Source: Gemmatimonadales bacterium | GTDB lineage: Bacteria; Gemmatimonadota; Gemmatimonadetes; Gemmatimonadales; GWC2-71-9 | NCBI GenBank assembly: GCA_035279705.1 | Contig: DATEHG010000111.1 | Coordinates: forward strand, 39,101 to 103,100 | Reading direction: 5' to 3' | Length of the DNA: 64,000 nt | In this document: one piece after another, positions 36,340 through 44,117 of the stretch | Layout of the letters: the number at the start of each line of letters is the position of its first letter | How positions within the stretch are numbered: the first letter of the stretch is position 1 | Notes under the pieces: model-generated | Seen by the model: the letters and a program-made list of their open reading frames with translations, nothing else | What the model was told of the DNA's origin: nothing | Database searches by the model: none | Position numbers and translations under genes: made by a program

Positions 36340-36608
36340 TGCCCGGCCCGATCGATCCGACCGAGGTCCGGTCCGCCACCGTGATCGAGCTCGATGACGC
36401 GACGTTCCGCGGGATCCTGGCGCGCGGGCTGGGCCTGCCCGATGGCGGCGAAGTCGTCACGCTCAAGGGCGAGAACGGCCGCGCGGTGATCTTCATCCAA
36501 GGCATTCCGCTGGGCTCGGTCTTCGAGCGGGATGACGCCGGCAGTGTCCGCTGGGCCGCAAAGAAGCGGTGGCGGCCCAACGGGGCGATCATGGAGGTGG
36601 AGCTGTGA
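36339..36608 (+). CDS. Phage hypothetical protein (89 aa)
   Basis: ATG at aa 43 of ORF 36213..36608 (MPGPIDPTEV...), coupled to the upstream stop. Confidence 0.55.
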   Translation: MPGPIDPTEVRSATVIELDDATFRGILARGLGLPDGGEVVTLKGENGRAVIFIQGIPLGSVFERDDAGSVRWAAKKRWRPNGAIMEVEL

Positions 36609-37030
36609 GCCCCCGTCGCACCTACACCGCCGACGACCAGGACGTGCTCGCCGGCCGACCAGCCGCGGCAGACCACGGTCCGCTCTTCGATCCGCCCCCG
36701 CCCTCGCCGGCGCGCTCGATCGCCGCCGGCAAGAAGGCCCTCGACGCCGCGGCCGCCGCGCGCGAGCAGCTCATTGCGGCGATGGTGCCCGTCGCGCGCG
36801 AGCTCGGCCTCAAGGCCGGTCGGCACGGCATCATTCCGGCCGACGTCCGCTTGGCCTGCGAGCACCGGCAGATCTGCGGCAAGTCCGCCGATCAGCGGTT
36901 CTACTCGTTCCTGCCGGCCGTGATGACCCGCGCCGGTGGCAAGCCCACTGACCACACGCGCCCCAGCTTCCTCGCGAGCTCCCACGGCAAACCGCAGCGG
37001 GTCTACGTCTGGACCGAGGCGGCCGCATGA
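36605..37030 (+). CDS. Phage hypothetical protein (141 aa)
   Basis: GTG at 36605 overlaps the previous stop (GTGA). In frame with ORF 36569..37030. Confidence 0.55.
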   Translation: MSPRRTYTADDQDVLAGRPAAADHGPLFDPPPPSPARSIAAGKKALDAAAAAREQLIAAMVPVARELGLKAGRHGIIPADVRLACEHRQICGKSADQRFYSFLPAVMTRAGGKPTDHTRPSFLASSHGKPQRVYVWTEAAA

Positions 37031-37275
37031 GAGCCGCCCCGATCGCGGCCGCGCTGGCGGCGCCGGATCCCCCTGCGGCCTTCCCGCCGCTCGAGCTCCA
37101 CGTCCCTGGCGTCCACCATGTTGTGCCGCCGCCGGCGTCGGACCTCGAGGCGGCCTGTCTGCGGCGCGCGGTGGCGGCCTGGTTGCGTCATGGTGCCGGC
37201 GGTGAGGGACCAATCACGATCTCCCCCGCGATGGCGGGATTCCTGGCCACAGAACTCGAGCGGAGGGTGGGCTGA
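37027..37275 (+). CDS. Phage hypothetical protein (82 aa)
   Basis: ATGA overlap upstream and TGATG overlap downstream. Confidence 0.5.
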   Translation: MRAAPIAAALAAPDPPAAFPPLELHVPGVHHVVPPPASDLEAACLRRAVAAWLRHGAGGEGPITISPAMAGFLATELERRVG

Positions 37276-37874
37276 TGGAGGAGTGGGCGAAGCTGCATAC
37301 CGAGATCCTGGGCGAGGAAAAGTTCATGCGCGCGGCGCGGAAGGGCGCCCGCGGGCTGCTCCTGATGCCCTGGCTCCTGGCCGTGGCCAAGCGGGCCAAG
37401 GACGGTGGCCGGCTAACCGTCCGCGGCGAGCCGATCGAGTACGAGGATCTCGAGCTGGTGATCCCGGGACTGACCCGCGACCTGCTCCAGGATGCGCTGT
37501 GTTCACTGGTGAACGTGGGCACGCTCACCGAGCTCAATGGCGTCTATCAGTTCGTGAATTGGGAGCGCCGCCAGAGCCGCCCGGCCAAGCCCAGCGACGC
37601 CCCCGAGGCCACCCGGGAGCGGCAGCGCAAGTCGCGGAGCAGCCGTCTGTTGACGCCAGCTCGCGAGACGTCACGCGCAGTCACGCCCATGTCACGCCCA
37701 CCAGTCACGCCGCGTGACACAGGCCGGGTCACGCGGGGAGACTATAGACATGAGACGGAAGACAGGAGAGAGAGACCGTCTTCACATGGTGAAGACAATA
37801 CCCCCCTACCCCCCTTGCCGGTCGCGACCGGTGTCTCGGCGCTGATGGCCGATCTCAGCCGGCGGCCCGCGTGA
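37275..37874 (+). CDS. Putative replisome organizer / replication initiator (winged-helix N-domain) carrying the origin iterons
   Basis: 199 aa. The N-terminus WAKLHTEILGEEKF...LLLMPWLLAVAKRAKDGGRL...LQDALCSLVNVGTLTE resembles phage replisome-organizer N-domains. It lies directly upstream of dnaB, and GTCACGC repeats lie inside its 3' third. Confidence 0.55.
   Translation: MEEWAKLHTEILGEEKFMRAARKGARGLLLMPWLLAVAKRAKDGGRLTVRGEPIEYEDLELVIPGLTRDLLQDALCSLVNVGTLTELNGVYQFVNWERRQSRPAKPSDAPEATRERQRKSRSSRLLTPARETSRAVTPMSRPPVTPRDTGRVTRGDYRHETEDRRERPSSHGEDNTPLPPLPVATGVSALMADLSRRPA
37670..37734 (+). repeat. Putative origin iterons: GTCACGC x5 direct + 1 inverted
   Basis: Direct copies at 37670, 37680, 37691, 37704 and 37728; inverted copy at 37712-37718. 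Copy 4 plus the inverted copy form the 15-nt palindrome GTCACGCCGCGTGAC. A ~50% GC stretch with GAAGAC/GTCTTC repeats follows at 37738-37800. Confidence 0.65.
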
Positions 37875-39181
37875 CCACGTTCCCCACGGTCCAACTGGAG
37901 GCCGAGCAGGCGGTGCTGGGCGCGCTGCTGCTCGACGCGCAGAGCCTGCACCGCATCGGCACGATCTTGCCGGCGCCCGAGGCCTTCACCGAGAAGCTGC
38001 ACCGCGACGTCTTCACCGCCTGCCGCCGCCTGGTCGAGCGCCGGGTCGATGTGGACCCGGTCACGATCCGCCACGAGCTCGAGGCGATCGGCGTCGCCGT
38101 CGATCTGCCCGCCCTCTCGGACCTGGTCGACGCGGTACCCACTTCGGCCAACATCGAGTTTCACGCGAACATCGTGGCCGACGCCTGGCGCCGGCGCCGG
38201 CTGAACGCGGAGGGCGAGCGCCTGATCCGCGCGAGTCTCGACCCGGCGCTCGATCTCGCGGCGCTGGTGCCCGAGACCATGCAGCGCCTCGTGGGGGCCT
38301 ACCAGGTCGGGCAGGCCACACCCGAAGTCACCTACCGCGAGTCCCTGCACCGGGCGCTCGATCGCCTCGAGCAGGAGGCCAACACCGGCGCGCCACTCCG
38401 CGGCCTGAGCACCGGCTTCGAGGCCTGGGACGAGCTCACCGATGGCTTTCGCCCCGGGCAGCAGATCGTGCTCGCCGGCCGGCCGAGCGAGGGGAAGTCC
38501 GCGCTGGCCCTCCGCGTGGCGGCCGCGGTGGCCGCGCACGGACCCGTGCTGTACCTAAGCCGCGAAATGCCGCGCGACGAGCTGGTCGAGCGCCTGCTCA
38601 GCAGCCAGGCCCGCGTGACGCTCAAGCGCCTGCGCAATCGCCAGGTCTTCGACAACGAGTTCCCGCGGCTGGCGCGCGCCGCTGGCGAGCTGCACGGGCT
38701 CAACCTGCACTTCGACAGCCACACCAAGACCGCGGCCGGCGTCCGCTTCGCGGCCGAATGTCTCAAGGCCCAGCAGGGCGCGCTGGCGCTGGTGGTGGTC
38801 GACTACCTGCAGCTGCTGGACTACCAGGGCAAGGCCTCGACGCGCGACCTGCAGATCGGTGAGATCACGGCAGGCTTCAAGCAGCTGGCCATGGACCTGC
38901 AGACCTGCGTGCTGACGCTCTCGCAGCTCAACCGGAAGAACGTGACCGATGGCCGGCGCCCGGAGCTGCACGATCTCCGCGACTCCGGCAACATCGAGCA
39001 GGACGCGGACCAGGTCGCAATGATCTACTGGCCCGAGGCCGAGATCGAGAAAGGCCCGACGCCCGTCGACCTGCTCCTCCGCAAGAACCGCAACGGCCCC
39101 AAGGGTTCGGTGCCGCTCTGTTTCGAAACCTGGACCGGCCACTGGTTCACCCCTCCCAGCCAACGGAGTGCTGCCGCATGA
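37871..39181 (+). CDS. dnaB: Replicative DNA helicase (DnaB family)
   Basis: 436 aa. N-domain LEAEQAVLGALLLD, Walker A GRPSEGKSALAL, and DYLQLL...EITAGFKQLA...LSQLNR motifs. Confidence 0.92.
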   Translation: MTTFPTVQLEAEQAVLGALLLDAQSLHRIGTILPAPEAFTEKLHRDVFTACRRLVERRVDVDPVTIRHELEAIGVAVDLPALSDLVDAVPTSANIEFHANIVADAWRRRRLNAEGERLIRASLDPALDLAALVPETMQRLVGAYQVGQATPEVTYRESLHRALDRLEQEANTGAPLRGLSTGFEAWDELTDGFRPGQQIVLAGRPSEGKSALALRVAAAVAAHGPVLYLSREMPRDELVERLLSSQARVTLKRLRNRQVFDNEFPRLARAAGELHGLNLHFDSHTKTAAGVRFAAECLKAQQGALALVVVDYLQLLDYQGKASTRDLQIGEITAGFKQLAMDLQTCVLTLSQLNRKNVTDGRRPELHDLRDSGNIEQDADQVAMIYWPEAEIEKGPTPVDLLLRKNRNGPKGSVPLCFETWTGHWFTPPSQRSAAA

Positions 39182-39642
39182 ATCCCGGCCTTCCCCCGAT
39201 CGGCGCGCCCGGCGCGCAACCGGATGCCCAGCCCGTCATGCTCGTCCAGCCGATCGACGACATCCAGTGGATGGCCTATCTCGCCATCCTGCTGCCGGAC
39301 TTCGAGGTCCCGGTCGCGCCCGCGGATGGCAGCGAGCCCGTGCCGGGCGGGCCCACGCGATCGGCCAACCAGAGCGAGCGGATCCAGCGCGCCGCCGGCT
39401 TCCTGTGCCATGCCCGCTACTTCGCCTTTTCGGGCCAGTATCAGGCCATGCTCGACCAGGCGGAGCAGGCCGCGGCCAGCTTCCGCGCCAAGGCGCTCGA
39501 GGCGATCACGAAGCAGAAAGCCGAGAACGAGCGGCTGCAAGCCGAACAGGATGCCGCCAACGAGGCCGAGCGGCGCGAGGCGCGGAGGAAGCTGGAGGCC
39601 GAGCGCACGGGCGCCGGCGAGCCCGTCACCTCCACCGCGTGA
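39178..39642 (+). CDS. Phage hypothetical protein with C-terminal coiled-coil (154 aa)
   Basis: ATGA overlap with dnaB. C-terminus KQKAENERLQAEQDAANEAERREARRKLEAE. Confidence 0.55.
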   Translation: MNPGLPPIGAPGAQPDAQPVMLVQPIDDIQWMAYLAILLPDFEVPVAPADGSEPVPGGPTRSANQSERIQRAAGFLCHARYFAFSGQYQAMLDQAEQAAASFRAKALEAITKQKAENERLQAEQDAANEAERREARRKLEAERTGAGEPVTSTA

Positions 39643-39649
39643 GGCGGCC

Positions 39650-40408
39650 ATGATCGCGTTCTCGATCGACACCCAGGCCTTCCAGGACGCGCTGGGCCAG
39701 CATCCCCGCGAGATGGTCAAGGGCATCATCACGGCCCTGAACCGACTCGGGGAAAGCGGCTACGCGGCCATCCGCGAGAACTATCCGCGGCACTTCCAAG
39801 TCCGGAACCGCCAGCTGCTCGACTGGCTTGCGCCGCGCTACCTCGGCCGGGACGCCCAGGCCACGCCCACCAACCTGAGCGTGCTGCTCACCACGGCCGG
39901 GCGCGCCTCGCTCCTGAGCCCCTTCGAGACCGGCCTCCCTCACACCACTGATCGCCTCGGACGCCTGGTGGCCATCCCCTCGGACACGGGCATCGGACTG
40001 CGGGCGTTCCCACAGCAGGTCATCCCGCGGGCGCTCTATCCTGTGAACCTGGGCCTGCAGATCCGCCGGGATCCGAAGCAGGGCGTGCTGTACTACGCCC
40101 TGGGACGCAACGCGATCAAGCGGAAGCTCACCCCACAGCGAGTGACGGCGAGCGGGAAGATCCAGCTGCAGGGCAAGCTGGGCACGTTCCAGGTCGATGG
40201 GCCGCGCGGGCCGATCATCTTCCAGCGCTATGGCCCTGGGCGTCGCGATGTGCGGGCGCTCTGGTTCCTGCGCCCCAGTGTCAGGCGCCCAGCTGATCTG
40301 GAGTTCTTCAAGAGCGTGCAGGTCACGGTCGACGAGCAGGCAGTGCCCACCATCGAGGCGGCGATCAACGATCGCTTTCGTGCGATCGCGTACAAGGCGA
40401 GCCACTGA
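39650..40408 (+). CDS. Phage hypothetical protein (252 aa)
   Basis: ATG at aa 143 of ORF 39224..40408 (MIAFSIDTQAFQDALGQ...). The upstream part of that frame is Ser/Arg/Pro junk overlapping the previous gene. Confidence 0.6.
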   Translation: MIAFSIDTQAFQDALGQHPREMVKGIITALNRLGESGYAAIRENYPRHFQVRNRQLLDWLAPRYLGRDAQATPTNLSVLLTTAGRASLLSPFETGLPHTTDRLGRLVAIPSDTGIGLRAFPQQVIPRALYPVNLGLQIRRDPKQGVLYYALGRNAIKRKLTPQRVTASGKIQLQGKLGTFQVDGPRGPIIFQRYGPGRRDVRALWFLRPSVRRPADLEFFKSVQVTVDEQAVPTIEAAINDRFRAIAYKASH

Positions 40409-40497
40409 GTGGTGGGACTGCGGCCGCTTTCGATTGATGGCGCGAGGCGCCGGGGTCCTTCCCCGGCCGGCGCCGCGGGTGTCCGAGGACCCCGTTC

Positions 40498-40525
40498 GTC
40501 GACCAGCTAATACAGCACTGTACAA
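40498..40525 (+). promoter_or_regulatory. Candidate sigma70-type promoter for the packaging/structural operon
   Basis: TCGACC (40498-40503) - 16 nt - TACAAT (40520-40525) with TG immediately upstream. It is the only AT-rich patch in the 136-nt gap before terS and also contains the inverted repeat TACAG-CA-CTGTA. Confidence 0.3.
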
Positions 40526-40544
40526 TCACTTCTGATTCGGATCG

Positions 40545-41057
40545 ATGGCACCCAAGGTCTCCACGCTCTCCCAGGAAGAATTTGCCGCCGCGGTCGGGCG
40601 CACGTCGCGCACCGTGATGACCTGGCGACAGAAGGGGATGCCGGTCCGCATGATCAGCGGCCGGCCGCGCTACGTGCTGCGAGATTGCCTGACCTGGTGG
40701 GAGGAGTCCATCCGCGAGGAGGAGCGGGACAAGTCCAAGGGGACCAGTAACAACCCGGAAATCCGGAAGACCGCGGCCGAGGCGGATCTCAAGGAGCTCG
40801 ACCTGGCGGTGAAGCGGCGCGAGCTCGTGCCGCTCGAGGAGTACCAGGCGGCCCTCGACAAGGTGATCGGCGGGTTCGCTGCCGTCGCGTCGGGTCGACT
40901 GCAGCAGTTCGAACGGGAGATCGTGGCGGCCCAGACGCCCGGCGATGCGCGCCGGATCACGCAGGCGATCTATCACGCCCTCATGGAGGGCGCCAACGAG
41001 TTCGCCGACCACACTGAAGGGGTCACTGGCCCCGGTGAGGCGGAGACCGCGGCATGA
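40545..41057 (+). CDS. Terminase small subunit (Nu1-like, N-terminal HTH)
   Basis: 170 aa. LSQEEFAAAVGRTSRTVMTWRQKGMPV parallels the Nu1 N-terminal HTH. It sits directly upstream of, and overlaps, the GpA-type large subunit (ATGA). Confidence 0.72.
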   Translation: MAPKVSTLSQEEFAAAVGRTSRTVMTWRQKGMPVRMISGRPRYVLRDCLTWWEESIREEERDKSKGTSNNPEIRKTAAEADLKELDLAVKRRELVPLEEYQAALDKVIGGFAAVASGRLQQFEREIVAAQTPGDARRITQAIYHALMEGANEFADHTEGVTGPGEAETAA

Positions 41058-42937
41058 CCGCGCCCGCCTTCGTCGACCAGGTTGTCGTCGAGACCGTCCG
41101 CCGGCTCTGCCTGGTGCCGGATTCCCTCACGGTCACCGAGCACGCCGAGCGGTACCGGATCCTCCCGCGCATCGGGCCCTACCGGGTGCACGTCGCGCCC
41201 TATCAGCGCCGGTGGCAGGACCTCCTCGCGGATCCCGACCAATCCTGCATCGTGCTGTGCTGGGCCACGCAGACGGGCAAGAGCACGGTGCTCGAGAACG
41301 GGCTCTTCTACCGCATGCGCCGGCTGCCCTCGCCGCTGATCCTGGTGCGCCCGAAGATCGACGATGCGGAGAGCTGGGCCAAGGAACGATTCCGGCCGAT
41401 GGTCCAGGACACGCCCACCTTGGCGCGCCTGATCCCGCTGGGGCGCGGCGGGGAGACGACCCTCCGGTACTATCCATTTCCTGGGGGATTCCTGTCGATC
41501 GCCTCCGCCCAGTCGGCCACGGAGCTCGCCAGCCGGTCCAGTCCGTTCGTCTTCTGCGATGAAGTGGACCGCATGGAGATGATTCCCGGCGAGGGGAATC
41601 CCGTCGAGATCGTCAGCCGACGGCAAGGCGCCTCGGACGTCGGCCAGCTTGGCCTGACGTCGACGCCGCGGGATGCGGAGAGCACGATCATCTGGCCCTA
41701 CCTCGAGGGGGGCACCTTCGAGCTCTACTACCTGCCCTGCCCCCACTGCGGGGAGCGCCAGCCGCTGATCTGGGGCGGCAAAGGCGACACCCCTGGCCTG
41801 CACTGGGTGGCCGGGCAGCCCGAGACCGCGATCTATGTCTGCCGCGCTTGCGCCGCGACGATCGAGGAGACGGCAAAGCGCGCGTGGTACCGGGAAGAGC
41901 AAGGGACCTGGGTGCCCACCAATGCCGACGGGCGTTACCCCTCGTCCCATCTCAACGCGCTCTACAGCCCTTACGCCAAGAGCGCCTGGCCGATCCTGGT
42001 GTCGGAATGGGAGCGGGCGAAGGGTAAGCCGGCCGATCTGCAGGTCTTCGTTAACACGCGCCTCTGTGAGCTCTGGACCGAGACCGATCAGCGCATCACG
42101 CAGGGTCAGCTCGCCTCGCGCCTCGAGGCGGATCTCGAGGAGGATGTGGTGCCCGATGGTGTCGGGGTGCTCACCGCCGGCATCGACGTCCAGGCCAACC
42201 GCCTCGAGCTCTATGTCTGGGGCTGGGGGGCCGGCCTCGAGTCCTGGCCGGTGGCCATGCGGGTCTTCCCCGGGGATCCGCAGCGGGAGCCCGATCAGCC
42301 GGGCAGCGTGTGGCACGAGGTGGATGCCGCCCTGGCCCAGCCCTTTCTGCACGTCTCCGGCCGGTCCGTGTCCGTGGCGGCCGCGCTGATCGACTCCGGG
42401 TTCGCCACGACCCAGGTCTATCGCTTCGCGCAGCCGCGGCGCCCGCGGAAGATCTACGCGAGCAAGGGTCAGCCGGGCGAGCGCCCAATCCTCGGCAAGC
42501 CCACGGCCCAGACCAAGCGCCGGATCCCGCTCTACCCGGTCGGCGTCGACACCGCCAAGAACGAATTCCTCCGGTCGCAGCTGGTGGAGACCGAGCCAGG
42601 GCCCGGGTTCGTCCATCTGCCCTCCTGGTTTACCGCTGAGCAGCTGGCGCAGCTGGTGGCGGAGGAACGCAAGCGCCGGGTGCACCTGGGCCGGGTGTCC
42701 TACGTCTGGGTCAAGCGGGGGAGCGACACCCCGAACGAGGCGCTCGACTGCCGGATCCTCGCGCGGGCCGCGCTCGAGCTCCTGGGCTCACCGACGATCG
42801 CGGGCCTCGGGGCCGCGGCCGACGCGCTGTCGGTGCCGCTGGGCGCCCCGGAGGACACGGCTGGCGAATCACCCTCGAGTGGGATTGGCTTTTCGCGGAA
42901 CGTCCGCGGTGGCGGTTTCTTCCGGAGACGCTTCTGA
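41054..42937 (+). CDS. Terminase large subunit (GpA family)
   Basis: 627 aa. Walker A-like CWATQTGKSTVLEN, the Zn-ribbon CPHCGERQPL...YVCRACAATIEE typical of lambda GpA-type terminases, and a C-terminal nuclease region. Confidence 0.9.
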   Translation: MTAPAFVDQVVVETVRRLCLVPDSLTVTEHAERYRILPRIGPYRVHVAPYQRRWQDLLADPDQSCIVLCWATQTGKSTVLENGLFYRMRRLPSPLILVRPKIDDAESWAKERFRPMVQDTPTLARLIPLGRGGETTLRYYPFPGGFLSIASAQSATELASRSSPFVFCDEVDRMEMIPGEGNPVEIVSRRQGASDVGQLGLTSTPRDAESTIIWPYLEGGTFELYYLPCPHCGERQPLIWGGKGDTPGLHWVAGQPETAIYVCRACAATIEETAKRAWYREEQGTWVPTNADGRYPSSHLNALYSPYAKSAWPILVSEWERAKGKPADLQVFVNTRLCELWTETDQRITQGQLASRLEADLEEDVVPDGVGVLTAGIDVQANRLELYVWGWGAGLESWPVAMRVFPGDPQREPDQPGSVWHEVDAALAQPFLHVSGRSVSVAAALIDSGFATTQVYRFAQPRRPRKIYASKGQPGERPILGKPTAQTKRRIPLYPVGVDTAKNEFLRSQLVETEPGPGFVHLPSWFTAEQLAQLVAEERKRRVHLGRVSYVWVKRGSDTPNEALDCRILARAALELLGSPTIAGLGAAADALSVPLGAPEDTAGESPSSGIGFSRNVRGGGFFRRRF

Positions 42938-43224
42938 TGCCCTCCTGCCTGCAGGCCTGCGCCCAGGACACCGAGATCCCGAATGCCGCCTATCGGCTCT
43001 TCGGCTTCCTCCACGGGGAGCTGGACTTTTGCGCTTTTCGACCCCTCAAACTGGAGTGGTTGGGCAGTCGGTTCGGCCGGAGTGTGTCGCAGCTCTCGCG
43101 GCACCTAAACCTGCTGGTCGAAAAGGGTTATCTGGAGCGTGAGCCAGGCGGCGCGCAGCCCTACAAGTACCGCATCCCCCTCTCTTGCCCCCTGCCAAAA
43201 AGCGCAAAACTTCGTAGCGCGTAG
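42937..43224 (+). CDS. Small winged-helix DNA-binding-like protein (95 aa)
   Basis: TGATG coupling to terL. LGSRFGRSVSQLSRHLNLLVEKGYLERE resembles a MarR/ArsR-type recognition helix plus wing. Confidence 0.55.
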   Translation: MPSCLQACAQDTEIPNAAYRLFGFLHGELDFCAFRPLKLEWLGSRFGRSVSQLSRHLNLLVEKGYLEREPGGAQPYKYRIPLSCPLPKSAKLRSA

Positions 43225-43242
43225 CTCTTTCCGCTGGACCGG

Positions 43243-43839
43243 GTGCGTTCCCATCATGCACCCATGGCCCCACCGACGGTTCCCGTAGGCGTCCCAGCCT
43301 CGCTGCGCGCAGGCGATACCGTCGTCTTCGACATCCTCCCGATCTCCGATCCCGCCCTCGGCAATTTCACCTCTAGCGCCTATACCCTGCTCGCCCAGTT
43401 CGTCAGCGGGGAGCTCGGACTTGCGGCCCAGGTCGCGGCCCAAGGCACGGGGTGGCGCTGCACGCTGAGCGCCGCGAACACCCAAGGCCTCAAGGGTGAC
43501 AGCCCCTCCCCAGAGACCGTTGCCTGGACGCTGAGCGCCAGCGCCGGCGGCGAGCGCTACACGCTGGCCCAGGGCACACTGCTGCTCTACCCGGATCCGG
43601 CCCAGCAGACGAGCGGCGCCAAGACCCACTCGCAGACGATGCTCGAGTTGATCGAGGCACAGCTCGAGGGCCGGCTGCCGGCCGATCTCCAGTCCTACCA
43701 GATCGGGGGGCATGCCGTCGCCCTGATCCCGATCGACCAGCTGCTCCGCCTCCGCAGCCGGTACGCGGCCGAGGTCCAGGCACAGCGCACGGGCTCCCTC
43801 GGCACGCCAGTGGCGTGGCGGCTGCGGCCCGCATGCTGA
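43243..43839 (+). CDS. Head-tail joining (gpW-like C-terminal domain) protein with N-terminal extension
   Basis: 198 aa. The C-terminal ~60 aa (MLELIEAQLEGRLPADLQSYQIGGHAVALIPIDQLLRLRSRYAAEVQ) follows the lambda gpW pattern, and the gene sits in the W position between terL and portal. The start could be 43264. Confidence 0.5.
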   Translation: MRSHHAPMAPPTVPVGVPASLRAGDTVVFDILPISDPALGNFTSSAYTLLAQFVSGELGLAAQVAAQGTGWRCTLSAANTQGLKGDSPSPETVAWTLSASAGGERYTLAQGTLLLYPDPAQQTSGAKTHSQTMLELIEAQLEGRLPADLQSYQIGGHAVALIPIDQLLRLRSRYAAEVQAQRTGSLGTPVAWRLRPAC

Positions 43840-44117
43840 GCGCCTTCCGTCTGGCCGATCTCCCTGCCGTCCACACGATGCGCCGGCGCCTCGGCGGCTT
43901 CGTGCATTCCCTCCGCCGGGGCCTCCCTGAGCTGCTGTTCGTCTTCGGGTTCCTGCTCGGCTGGGGTTTGCTCAGCCTGGGCTTTGCCCTGCTGCTCGGG
44001 CCAATCGTCTGGCCGTTCGCCGGCGGGATCCTCCTGCTGTCGGCCTGCGGCTGGAAGATGCTCTTCGTCCTGGCGCGCGATGGGCTGTACGCCCTGACCA
44101 AGGACGAGCCGCGGTGA
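43833..44117 (+). CDS. Small phage membrane protein (2-3 TM)
   Basis: 94 aa from the ATG at 43833 (alternative GTG at 43815). Hydrophobic LLFVFGFLLGWGLLSLGFALLLGPIVWPFAGGILLLSACGW. Its stop overlaps the portal GTG (GTGA). Confidence 0.5.
   Translation: MLSAFRLADLPAVHTMRRRLGGFVHSLRRGLPELLFVFGFLLGWGLLSLGFALLLGPIVWPFAGGILLLSACGWKMLFVLARDGLYALTKDEPR

Noticed and set aside
43815-43832. GTG at 43815 as the start of the small membrane protein, giving 100 aa that overlap the gpW-like gene by 25 nt.
   Set aside because: The ATG at 43833 gives a shorter 7-nt overlap and an equally complete hydrophobic core. Either start is possible, so the 43833 call is a preference and not a proof.
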